A stretch of DNA of 63,744 nucleotides from Candidatus Hadarchaeota archaeon (GCA_964632175.1 CAZWBJ010000004.1:1-63744); one strand, 5' to 3'. Counted from the stretch's first letter, positions 9,418-17,011 are shown. Notes: a model not told the origin generated them from the letters alone. Translations and numbers: made by a program.

Positions 9418-10023
9418 CTAGATCACCCCCAGCTTTTTCAGTAGGGCGAGCATCCCTCCCATCACCAGGAAACCGCCTGGGGAGAGGAGAAAGCCGGAGA
9501 CCGGCTGGGAGAGGAGAACCAGGGAGCGGCCGAAAAGGGAGAGCCCTCCCGAGCCTAGGAGTTCCCGGATGAAGGAGATGGAGACGATGGCCAGACCGAA
9601 GCCCGCCGTCATCCCGCACGCATCCGCCAGGCTTTCGAGCACGGAGCGCTTGGAGGAGAAGGCCTCCACCCTCCCCAGCACGATGCAGTTGACGGTAATG
9701 AGGGGGAGGAAGATCCCAAGGTGCTCGCGGAGGGTGGGGGAATAGGCCCTGATGATCAGCTCGGTGACGGTGACAAAGCTGGAGATCACCACCACGAAGA
9801 TGGGTATCCTGACGTTCTTGGGAATCCAGCGCCTGGAGAAGGAGGTGACGAGGCAGGAGCCCAGGAGGACGAACCCGAAGGCCAGGGTCATCCAGATGGC
9901 ATCCTCCACCGACTTGGAGATGGCCAGGAAGGGGCAGAGGCCCAGCAGGATGACGAAGACGGGGTTCTTGCGCAGGATCCCCTTTTCCGCCTCCCACCTC
10001 AGGTTCGGCCTCTCCTCAGCCAC
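9418..10023 (-). CDS. rnfE: Rnf complex subunit E
   Basis: 201 aa. NPVFVILLGLCPFLAIS and ITVNCIVLGR are typical of RnfE/NqrD. It abuts rnfA. Confidence 0.92.
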   Translation of the reverse strand: MAEERPNLRWEAEKGILRKNPVFVILLGLCPFLAISKSVEDAIWMTLAFGFVLLGSCLVTSFSRRWIPKNVRIPIFVVVISSFVTVTELIIRAYSPTLREHLGIFLPLITVNCIVLGRVEAFSSKRSVLESLADACGMTAGFGLAIVSISFIRELLGSGGLSLFGRSLVLLSQPVSGFLLSPGGFLVMGGMLALLKKLGVI

Positions 10024-10528
10024 GGGTAAGCGCCTCCCTCACTGCCTCCAGAATGGCCCGGGAGGTTATGGTGGCACCCGTCACTGCCTCCACCTTTCCC
10101 TGGGGCTTGAAGGCTAGATCCCCCCATCCCAGGTTCTCGAACTGGGAGAGGTAGGAGGGCTCGGTTGCCCTGGAGCCTATCCCCTTGGTTTCGCTGTGGG
10201 AGAGCACCCTTACCCCCCTCACCGTGTTGTCGGGATTTATCCCCACCAGCACCTTGATGGCTCCGCCGTAGCCCTTGGTCTCCACCTCCACCGCCCTCCC
10301 CACCAACTGGTTGTCGCGGAAACAGTAAAAGATGCCGTTCTCCTCCCGGAACTGGCACCCGGGGAAGATCTCCCCCACTTTCGCCTCCCTCTCCCTCCTC
10401 TCGGCCTCCTCTATCCTCGGCTCGGTCATCTTGTGCACGTAGCCGAGAATCAGCCCCCAAATCACGCAGGTGAGGGTGAGGGCGAGGACGGGCTTGAAGG
10501 CTTTCATCTCCCCTTTCCACGAACACAT
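10016..10528 (-). CDS. rnfG: Rnf complex subunit G (FMN-binding)
   Basis: N-terminal anchor, SETKGIGS, and the flavinylation-type motif VTGATITSRA. An alternative ATG at 10507 gives MKAFKPVLAL. Confidence 0.88.
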   Translation of the reverse strand: MCSWKGEMKAFKPVLALTLTCVIWGLILGYVHKMTEPRIEEAERREREAKVGEIFPGCQFREENGIFYCFRDNQLVGRAVEVETKGYGGAIKVLVGINPDNTVRGVRVLSHSETKGIGSRATEPSYLSQFENLGWGDLAFKPQGKVEAVTGATITSRAILEAVREALTRG

Positions 10529-10603
10529 TTTAGGCCCATGTTACAGCGACGTGGGCGATTGGGGGTTAGCAACCGCACTTCAGTACGGGAATCCTAGGTG
10601 ACA

Positions 10604-10625
10604 TGGCGTTACTATGGTAACGCCA
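10604..10625. repeat. palindromic motif copy (perfect 9+4+9 palindrome)
   Basis: TGGCGTTACTATGGTAACGCCA. Located in the apbE-rnfG intergenic region and flanked by AAAATTTT. Confidence 0.85.
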
Positions 10626-10687
10626 AAATTTTGAGGCTCCCGTTTTTTCGAGTCTTGATTATGCCCTGACTCTCACAGCAGCCGCCT

Positions 10688-12745
10688 TCATGGGGACAGT
10701 AACGCACCCCAGTTCTCGGTGGTGCGAATTTCTCCGGCAGAGGTCACGAAGAGCCCGTGGGCCCCCAGGTTTTCGAGGAGCTCTCCCCCGGCCGCGGGCC
10801 CTAGGACGAAGGTTGCCGTGCTCAGGGCATCCGCATCCACCCCCCTCCTCGCGACCACCGTCACGCTCTGGCACCCCGTGGCTGGCTCACCCGTTCGGGG
10901 GTCGATGATGTGGTGTATCCTCCGGCCGCCGAGGAAGTACACCCTCACGTAATCGCCCGAGGTCGAGACCGCCCCCTCCTTGAGCTCTATGGTCTGCAGG
11001 ATCTCCTCCGGCTTCCGCGGGTGCTGGATTCCGATCCGCCAGCTCTTGCCGAAGACCCTTATCTCCCCCCCTATCTGCACCATCCCCGCCTCAATCCCAG
11101 AAGACCTGAGGATCTCACAGGCCCGGTCGGCGGCGTACCCCTTGGCTATCCCACCCAGCGTCACCTGCATTCCCACCCTCTCGAACCTCGCCCTTCCATT
11201 CTCCAGCGCGAGCCACTTCCAGTTGACCAGCGCTCTCGCCTCCTCCAGCTCCCCCGCCGAGGGCAGCTTTCCCGTCTCCTTCACCTTTTCCATCCAAAGG
11301 TCCACCAGCGGCTTGACGGTGGGGTCAAAGGCCCCCCCGCTGAGCTCGGCGTAGCGGAGGGCTTCTTGGAGCACTTGGAGGGTTTCGGGAGAGAGGTCCA
11401 CCCAAGAGCTTGAGTGGTTGAGCCTCCAGATCTCCGTCCCCTCCTTTTCGCTTGAGAGGAGATCCTCCAGCCTGTGGATTTCCTGAAGGGCCCGCTCCAC
11501 CGCCTCCCCCGCCCGCCCGAGGTTCTCGTCGAGGGCGGTCACCCGAACCAACGTGTCCATGGCGAGGTCCTCTGCCTTCACGTACCCGGCCCCGTACTCG
11601 AAGCGGGGAAGGGAAAGGGCGGTGAGCAGCAGGGGGAGGAGGAAGAGGAGGCAGGCCAGACCGATCACCGTTCTCCGGCCTTCGCCCTTCACTCTGGGGA
11701 GAAGAAGGAGGAGGGAGGCGAGGAGGGACTGGGTGAGGAGGAAGCTGAGGGAGAGGCCGAGGAGCCCGAACCTGCGCCCGAGCAAGATTAAGGAGAGGAG
11801 CTGGAAGGGGACGGCCGCTGCGTAGGCCGAGGAGGCCCCAGCTGGCTTCTGCTCGGAAAGGAGCTCGGCGCTGCACACCTGGGAAACGGTCGCCGGGACG
11901 AGGGAGAGCAGGATGATTCTCAGGGCGGTTGTGGAACCCGAGTAGTCGGGGAAGAGCTGGGGGACTAGGAGGGAAAGGGGGAAGGAGGCGATCAGCAGGA
12001 GGAGGGAGGATCTAAGGGCCAGAGAGCGCACCCCCTTGGAGCCGGTGGAGAGGGAGTAGAAGAAGAGGGTCTGGGGGAGGGCGGCGAGGAGGTAGAAGAA
12101 CCTAGTGGAGAAGTGATACAACCCCAAGACCTCCATCCCCAGCAGCCTTCCCGCCACCGCTTTGTCCAGGAAACCGAGGGAGGCCGAGCCCAAGTCCGAG
12201 AGCAGGTAGCCCGCGATTTTGGGGCTGGGTTTTGGCGTTACCATAGTAACGGACAAACGCCGGAGGAGGAAGGGGACGGAGGGAAGGAAGTGGGAGAGGA
12301 AGAGGCCGAAGAAGATGAGCCAGGTCCTGCCTCCCCAGAGGTAGAGGAGGACGGGGAGGGGAAGGAGGGCGGAGCGGAAGAGCCAGAGGAGGAGGTACCC
12401 TCCGGGATCCTGCCGTGAGAGCTCGAGGTGGAAGGAAAGGGAGAAGAGAGAGAGGCCGAAGACGAGCAGGCCGGCCCAGGGGTTGAGGAGGGAAAGGGCA
12501 GCGCCAGCGACGGTGGAGGAGAGGAGGGTCAGGTAAAAGGAGAGCTGCGGGGAGGGGGACCTCGAGACCACCAGCGACTTCCCCAAGCCCAGGCAGGCAG
12601 CGGTTGAGACGAGCATGGAGAGGGAGTAGAGCCAGCCCACCTCCCCGAAGGCGAAGGGATGGAGGAGGAGGGCGAGGGTGAGCCAGAAGAGGGCGCCGGA
12701 AAGGGTGGCCAAGACCTGCGCCGCCGCCACCAGCTTTAGGTCCAT
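10688..12745 (-). CDS. apbE: fusion protein: polytopic MOP/polysaccharide-flippase-like membrane domain (about 390 aa, about 12-13 TM) plus C-terminal ApbE FAD:protein FMN transferase
   Basis: The C-terminal part carries ApbE signatures (AFDPTVKPLVDLW, TLGGIAKGYAADRA, SGDY, HHIIDPRTGEP, DADALSTA). The N-terminal part is L/S-rich and polytopic, with flippase-like segments (GRLLGMEVLGLYHFS; LLLHPFAFGEVGWLYSL). It is one uninterrupted ORF of 685 codons. Confidence 0.8.
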   Translation of the reverse strand: MDLKLVAAAQVLATLSGALFWLTLALLLHPFAFGEVGWLYSLSMLVSTAACLGLGKSLVVSRSPSPQLSFYLTLLSSTVAGAALSLLNPWAGLLVFGLSLFSLSFHLELSRQDPGGYLLLWLFRSALLPLPVLLYLWGGRTWLIFFGLFLSHFLPSVPFLLRRLSVTMVTPKPSPKIAGYLLSDLGSASLGFLDKAVAGRLLGMEVLGLYHFSTRFFYLLAALPQTLFFYSLSTGSKGVRSLALRSSLLLLIASFPLSLLVPQLFPDYSGSTTALRIILLSLVPATVSQVCSAELLSEQKPAGASSAYAAAVPFQLLSLILLGRRFGLLGLSLSFLLTQSLLASLLLLLPRVKGEGRRTVIGLACLLFLLPLLLTALSLPRFEYGAGYVKAEDLAMDTLVRVTALDENLGRAGEAVERALQEIHRLEDLLSSEKEGTEIWRLNHSSSWVDLSPETLQVLQEALRYAELSGGAFDPTVKPLVDLWMEKVKETGKLPSAGELEEARALVNWKWLALENGRARFERVGMQVTLGGIAKGYAADRACEILRSSGIEAGMVQIGGEIRVFGKSWRIGIQHPRKPEEILQTIELKEGAVSTSGDYVRVYFLGGRRIHHIIDPRTGEPATGCQSVTVVARRGVDADALSTATFVLGPAAGGELLENLGAHGLFVTSAGEIRTTENWGALLSP
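12233..12256. repeat. palindromic motif copy inside the coding sequence
   Basis: TGGCGTTACCATAGTAACGGACAA. On the minus strand it reads in frame as ..S V T M V T P K.. in ORF 10688..12745. Confidence 0.85.
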
Positions 12746-12773
12746 CGTTTATCGCCGGACTCGAAATTTTAGT

Positions 12774-12847
12774 GGGCCCGTAGTCTAGCCTGGATAGGAC
12801 ACAGGCCTGCGGAGCCTGGAACTCGGGTTCAAATCCCGACGGGCCCG
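12774..12847 (+). tRNA. tRNA-Arg (anticodon GCG)
   Basis: Hand-folded cloverleaf: acceptor GGGCCCG/CGGGCCC, D-arm with GG, anticodon stem CAGGC/GCCTG with loop CTGCGGA, T-arm TCGGG-TTCAAAT-CCCGA, discriminator G. CCA is not encoded. Confidence 0.9.
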
Positions 12848-13615
12848 CTAACCCGAGGTGTGCGTGACCTGAATGGTGGAATGGAATGGACCGGTGAGCA
12901 CTTCGATCCTCACCTGGTTCTCCCCCCTCCTCAGCAGAAGGAAAGCACTGAAGAGGTTCTCATCCTCTATCGCCCAGCCCTGGAGGGTCAGCGTCTGTCT
13001 GAACCAGTAGGCGAGGGTGGTGACGTTTCTCTCCGGGCTCCCGTAGGTGAGTTGGACCCGGTTTCCGGAGACGGAGTGGGAGAGCATGACTGAATCGGGA
13101 TATCTGGGGATGGGCTCCCACCCACTTGCCTGATCCGAAGAGGGAAGGAGCTCCCACGGGGCTAGGCTCGAGGGCTCTCCCCTGGCAAGAAGATAGAAGG
13201 AGCCGTTCTCGTTCCCAGCCGCCCCCACTCCGACCCCCTCGTTTTCTCTTGCGAAGATGAACCAGCCGAGCTCGAGGGACCCCGTTGGCAACCCGATGGT
13301 CATCAGCCCCTGCATGCCTACCAGGGCGTAGCCCCTGTTTTTAAGAATCCCCCGGTACCACTCAAGCACCTCCCCCGCGGCCTTTTTCACCCAGAAAGAA
13401 GAGAGGTTCTCCACCCCTCCAAAGGGAAACTGAGAAGGGAGAAAGGAGGGCAGGTTTTCCGGAACGGAGCCGGGGTAGATTGGGATTTCCTTCTCCTCCC
13501 CAACATTTTCCCCCGCCTCCTTCCGGGTCTCCCCAGCTGATTTCAGGTGTAAGGCGAGATAGCCCGCGCCGACCACGACTAGGGCGAGAACTGCTAGGGC
13601 TGGGGCTTTCCTCAT
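12848..13615 (-). CDS. signal-anchored extracytoplasmic protein with two internal repeats (hypothetical)
   Basis: 255 aa. N-terminus MRKAPALAVLALVVVGAGYLALHL. Two related modules: IPIYPGSV...VLEWYRGILKNRGYAL and IPRYPDSV...LAYWFRQTLTLQGWAI. It abuts the PrsW-like gene. Confidence 0.6.
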   Translation of the reverse strand: MRKAPALAVLALVVVGAGYLALHLKSAGETRKEAGENVGEEKEIPIYPGSVPENLPSFLPSQFPFGGVENLSSFWVKKAAGEVLEWYRGILKNRGYALVGMQGLMTIGLPTGSLELGWFIFARENEGVGVGAAGNENGSFYLLARGEPSSLAPWELLPSSDQASGWEPIPRYPDSVMLSHSVSGNRVQLTYGSPERNVTTLAYWFRQTLTLQGWAIEDENLFSAFLLLRRGENQVRIEVLTGPFHSTIQVTHTSG

Positions 13616-14191
13616 CTATTTTTCCCCGGCTAAGGTTTTGCCCTGCCTGGAGGATCGGGTGAGCAGGAAGGGGAAGACCAGCAGCCCCAGCATAAGCTCG
13701 CACAATCCCTGCACTTCCAGCCGAGAGGGAAAGGGACTCGCGGTGTTCCAGAGGGAATGCAGAAGGACCGCCGCCGAGTATGCTAGAACCCCCCAGCCTC
13801 TCCGCCTGCAGAAGAACCCCCAGTAGAGGCCAAGCCCGACGAGACCTGACCCGAGCGCATGGGAGAACAAGGCCAGGAACCTGAGCCCCCCGAACTCTCC
13901 GTATCCGAGGTTTTCCACCACGCCGAAGAGGAAGCCGCAGAGGTATCCAAGCGCGTACCAGCTCCCCCCCGCTTCCAGCCAAGGCATCTTCCTCACCCCG
14001 CGGCGGTAGGTGAGCGCCAGCATGAGGGGCCCGAGCACCTTCAGGAACTCCTCGACCAACGGGGCCTCCACACGCTGCCGGATGAGGGCGTCGTGGAAGA
14101 GGGAGTGGATTTCGGCCGCGAGAAGGGAGGCCGGTAGAACCGCCACCAAGACGGCGAGGAGAACGAGCAGGTTGAGAGCTTCTTCCTTCAC
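13616..14191 (-). CDS. PrsW-family intramembrane protease-like protein
   Basis: 191-aa polytopic protein with PrsW-type motifs EEFLK (EExxK), FGVVE (FxxxE), SHALGSG and HSLWN (HxxxN). The GTG start overlaps the upstream stop (GTGA). Confidence 0.7.
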   Translation of the reverse strand: MKEEALNLLVLLAVLVAVLPASLLAAEIHSLFHDALIRQRVEAPLVEEFLKVLGPLMLALTYRRGVRKMPWLEAGGSWYALGYLCGFLFGVVENLGYGEFGGLRFLALFSHALGSGLVGLGLYWGFFCRRRGWGVLAYSAAVLLHSLWNTASPFPSRLEVQGLCELMLGLLVFPFLLTRSSRQGKTLAGEK

Positions 14192-14439
14192 CCTTCACCC
14201 CTCCCCCAGCCCGTCGTGTATCTCCGGAGGATCATTGAAATATTGTAGGAGTGGGAAGGACGGGCCAGCATGCGGCCTCCAGTGCGGGGTTCACCCTCTT
14301 CAGTCCCCTCTGGGCTTCTCAACTCCTGCAGGGAGCGTGCCGCCAGAAAGACGGTGCTCTTAAAGTTGACCAGCGCGGCCTTCTCGAGATTTTTCTCGGT
14401 GGGGAACTCCTCGAAGAAATCAATCCTCAAGTTGGTCAC
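14188..14439 (-). CDS. small hypothetical protein (about 83 aa)
   Basis: Lies within ORF 14188..14520. The GTG at 14439 overlaps the stop of the upstream gene (GTGA), and its own stop overlaps the PrsW-like GTG start (GTGA). The coupling pattern argues that it is translated. No family was recognised. Confidence 0.4.
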   Translation of the reverse strand: MTNLRIDFFEEFPTEKNLEKAALVNFKSTVFLAARSLQELRSPEGTEEGEPRTGGRMLARPSHSYNISMILRRYTTGWGRGEG

Positions 14440-14918
14440 CACCAGCCCAGCCGCCCGTAAACGACCCTGAACACGACGAGGGAGACCATCCCCACCAGCA
14501 CGGGCCCCGTGCTCAGCCACTCCATGCCCAGAACCCCCACCCCGTAGAGCGCCTCAAGTATCCCGTGGGAGAGCTGCATGAAGGTGAAGAAAGAGAGAAG
14601 GAGCTTGGCAACGATGTCCTCGATGGCGGCCCAGAGGGCTAGAAAAACGAGCCCCGCCCCAAATCCCCCCGCGGAGAAGATGAGGATAATGTGCAGCAGA
14701 CTCTCGCAGGGGCGGTCGAGGTGAGTATAGCCGTAGACGTTCGGGAACTTCACCCCGTAGAACAGATCCGGGTTGTAGCCCAGAGCCCTAGCCGCGAGAA
14801 GGTGGGAGGTTTCGTGGACGATCAGTGAGAGGGCAAAGAAAACCAGGAAGAGCAACACCCCCCTCTTGACCTCTTCCAGCGGTCGTCTTCTCTTCCTCCT
14901 CCTCGGGATGAGCTTCAA
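14436..14918 (-). CDS. small polytopic membrane protein with an HExxH zinc-protease motif (DUF3267-like putative zincin)
   Basis: 160 aa. A basic N-terminus is followed by LIVHETSHLLAARALG embedded in a hydrophobic segment. The TTG start overlaps the RNase J-like stop (TTGA). Confidence 0.65.
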   Translation of the reverse strand: MKLIPRRRKRRRPLEEVKRGVLLFLVFFALSLIVHETSHLLAARALGYNPDLFYGVKFPNVYGYTHLDRPCESLLHIILIFSAGGFGAGLVFLALWAAIEDIVAKLLLSFFTFMQLSHGILEALYGVGVLGMEWLSTGPVLVGMVSLVVFRVVYGRLGWW

Positions 14919-16285
14919 GCAAGTTCAAGCCGTTCTCCTCTTTTGGGACAAATGATATTCTCGCCCCCCACGAACTTCTTGAAAAGCGCCGGACGGTTCG
15001 AGTGCACCACGACGACGCGCTTGGGATTCAGTCTCTCCACAACCTCCTTGAGTTCGAGGGAACTGGCGTGCCCCGAGGCGTGGACTTGGAACATGGAGAG
15101 GCCCAGAAACTCCAGCCAGTTCTCAAGCTTTCCGAACTCTATCTCCCCCTCCTCATCCCAAGGCTCGCTCTCGGAGTACACGTAAATGGAGCCCGGTTTT
15201 GGCTTGATGCCGAGTAGCTCCGTCATGTCGTAGTAGGTGGCGAAGAGCACGACTCTGTCCTGCTTCTGCGAAACCGAGGGGCCGTCCACGGTTTCAAACC
15301 GGTCGGCCAGTTTCCTCTCCCACTTGAACATGATCTCCTTTTCTCTCTGGTAAATCTCCACCTCGGGATCCCCGAGCTTGAAGATGTGCTTTATTCTGCC
15401 GCTTTCTATCTCCGGTCTGAGGAGCTCCATCAGGCAGGCCTGCCTCATGGAGATCACCAGCTTCCTGCCCGTCTCCCGCGCGATCTGATAGAAGGTTCTT
15501 AGTCTGTCGATGTCAACGGCCGAGAAGCTTGCCGCGAGCAGACCTTGATTTTTTTGTGCTTTTTGTGCAAGGTCTCTAACTTTGTGCCTCACTTCCTCTT
15601 CAGAGGAAACCTTCGACTCCAAGATATTGGTTCCCTCGATGAGGAGGACATCCACCCCCTCGGCGGCCCGGAGGAAGTCTTCCGACATCTCAGCTCGGGC
15701 TCCGTGGAATCTCAGGTCCCCGGTGTAGGCGATCGTCCCCTCCGGCCCCTCCACGAGGAAACCGTAAGAGCCCGGGGTGGAATGATCCACGTGGATGGGG
15801 GTAACCTCGAATTCTCCAACTTTGACTTTCTCCCCGGTCCTGAAGGAACTGGCGAGGGGCAACGTGCCAACGCAATCCAGCAGGCGGTCGCTCGGATCGC
15901 TGAGCTGAGCCAGTCTATACTCCTCCTTTCTCGGCGTGACGATCTCCCTAGCATAAATTATCCTCCAGGTGGTCTCCCCGGCCCAAACCGGAATGTCGCG
16001 CCTCACGTATCTGACATAGTCCATGTGGTCGAGGTGGGCATGGGAGAGGAAGATCCCATCAATGGGGGGTTCTCCTTCTTTCTCATACAGTGAGGGAAGC
16101 CCCGGTACCAGGCCGAGCAGGAGGAGATGCTCCACCTTGCGGGGCCTGAGGAAGGGCTCGGTGAAGAACTCTGATTCTCTTGAGAAGTTCCGTCCGAAAT
16201 CGAGCATGATTTTCGATTCCTTGCCCTCCACCAGAATCTGATTTCCCCCTATCTCCCCGGCACCGCCGAAAACTGTTATTCTCAC
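14915..16285 (-). CDS. rnj: metallo-beta-lactamase / beta-CASP ribonuclease (archaeal RNase J-like)
   Basis: 456 aa. MRITVFGGAGEIGGN, the MBL motif SHAHLDH, and the C-terminal beta-CASP motif HASGHAS...VVVVHS. Confidence 0.8.
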   Translation of the reverse strand: MRITVFGGAGEIGGNQILVEGKESKIMLDFGRNFSRESEFFTEPFLRPRKVEHLLLLGLVPGLPSLYEKEGEPPIDGIFLSHAHLDHMDYVRYVRRDIPVWAGETTWRIIYAREIVTPRKEEYRLAQLSDPSDRLLDCVGTLPLASSFRTGEKVKVGEFEVTPIHVDHSTPGSYGFLVEGPEGTIAYTGDLRFHGARAEMSEDFLRAAEGVDVLLIEGTNILESKVSSEEEVRHKVRDLAQKAQKNQGLLAASFSAVDIDRLRTFYQIARETGRKLVISMRQACLMELLRPEIESGRIKHIFKLGDPEVEIYQREKEIMFKWERKLADRFETVDGPSVSQKQDRVVLFATYYDMTELLGIKPKPGSIYVYSESEPWDEEGEIEFGKLENWLEFLGLSMFQVHASGHASSLELKEVVERLNPKRVVVVHSNRPALFKKFVGGENIICPKRGERLELA

Positions 16286-16361
16286 GAACTCCTCCCCCTC
16301 TGGGTTCTAATAGCCAGATACCGCCGGTTTGAGAATCAATTAAAGTTGGTCAGAATTTTAG

Positions 16362-16589
16362 ATGGAGGCGAGACTCGTGGGCTTGGGTCTCCTCCTGCTT
16401 CTCGCAGGGACGTTTCTCATCCTGATGGGAATGCTGAAGGGTGGCGGCCCGGCGGAGGGCGGGGGCCTTATCCTCATCGGTCCCTTCCCTATAGCCTTCG
16501 GCACGACGGAGAAGATCGCCAAGACCATGCTTGCTCTGGGGGTGGCCATAGTCACGTTTTTCATCGTCCTTCACCTCCTCCTTGGATGA
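16362..16589 (+). CDS. small archaeal membrane protein (DUF131/TIGR00304-like)
   Basis: 75 aa, two hydrophobic helices flanking GGLILIGPFPIAFG. ATGA overlap with the dut start. Confidence 0.55.
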   Translation: MEARLVGLGLLLLLAGTFLILMGMLKGGGPAEGGGLILIGPFPIAFGTTEKIAKTMLALGVAIVTFFIVLHLLLG

Positions 16590-17011
16590 AGCTCAGGTAC
16601 AGAAGAGTCGATCCTTGGGCGAGGATAGAGGGCCCGAAGCATGAGGGCGACGCGGGCGTGGACCTTTTCAGTTGCGAGGATGTGCTGGTGGAGCCGGGCG
16701 GGGGCAGATGGGTGCGAACCGGGATAGCGGTGGAGGTTCCGCGGGGACACGTGGGCCTTGTGAAGGAGAAGAGTGGGCTGGCTCACCGGTTCGGGCTGGG
16801 GGCGGGCGTGATAGATAGCTCCTACCGAGGGGAGATTAAAGTGCTGGTGAGGAACTTTAGCCCAGAACCGCTCAAGATTGAGAAGGGTCAGCCGCTCGCT
16901 CAGTTGCTCCTCCTCCCGTGTGCTGGGGTTGAGCTGGAGGAGGGAGAGCTCTCACCCACCACTAGGGGCGAGAAGGGGTTCGGCAGCACTTACTCGCGGG
17001 GGAGCCGGTAG
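16586..17011 (+). CDS. dut: dUTP diphosphatase (trimeric dUTPase)
   Basis: An internal ATG at 16586 gives MKLRYRR...GDAGVDLF...GVIDSSYRGEIKVLV...RGEKGFGST, which are the dUTPase motifs. Confidence 0.85.
   Translation: MKLRYRRVDPWARIEGPKHEGDAGVDLFSCEDVLVEPGGGRWVRTGIAVEVPRGHVGLVKEKSGLAHRFGLGAGVIDSSYRGEIKVLVRNFSPEPLKIEKGQPLAQLLLLPCAGVELEEGELSPTTRGEKGFGSTYSRGSR

Noticed and set aside
7877-10687. The equal length (159 bp) of the two motif-bearing gaps (7877-8035 and 10529-10687), and a motif centre about 87 nt upstream of the pyrG, flavodoxin and rnfG starts.
   Set aside because: Outside the motif the two gaps share no alignable sequence. The 87-nt spacing depends on start-codon choices (rnfG may start at 10507). 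The pyrG case uses the degenerate copy, and this is probably coincidence.
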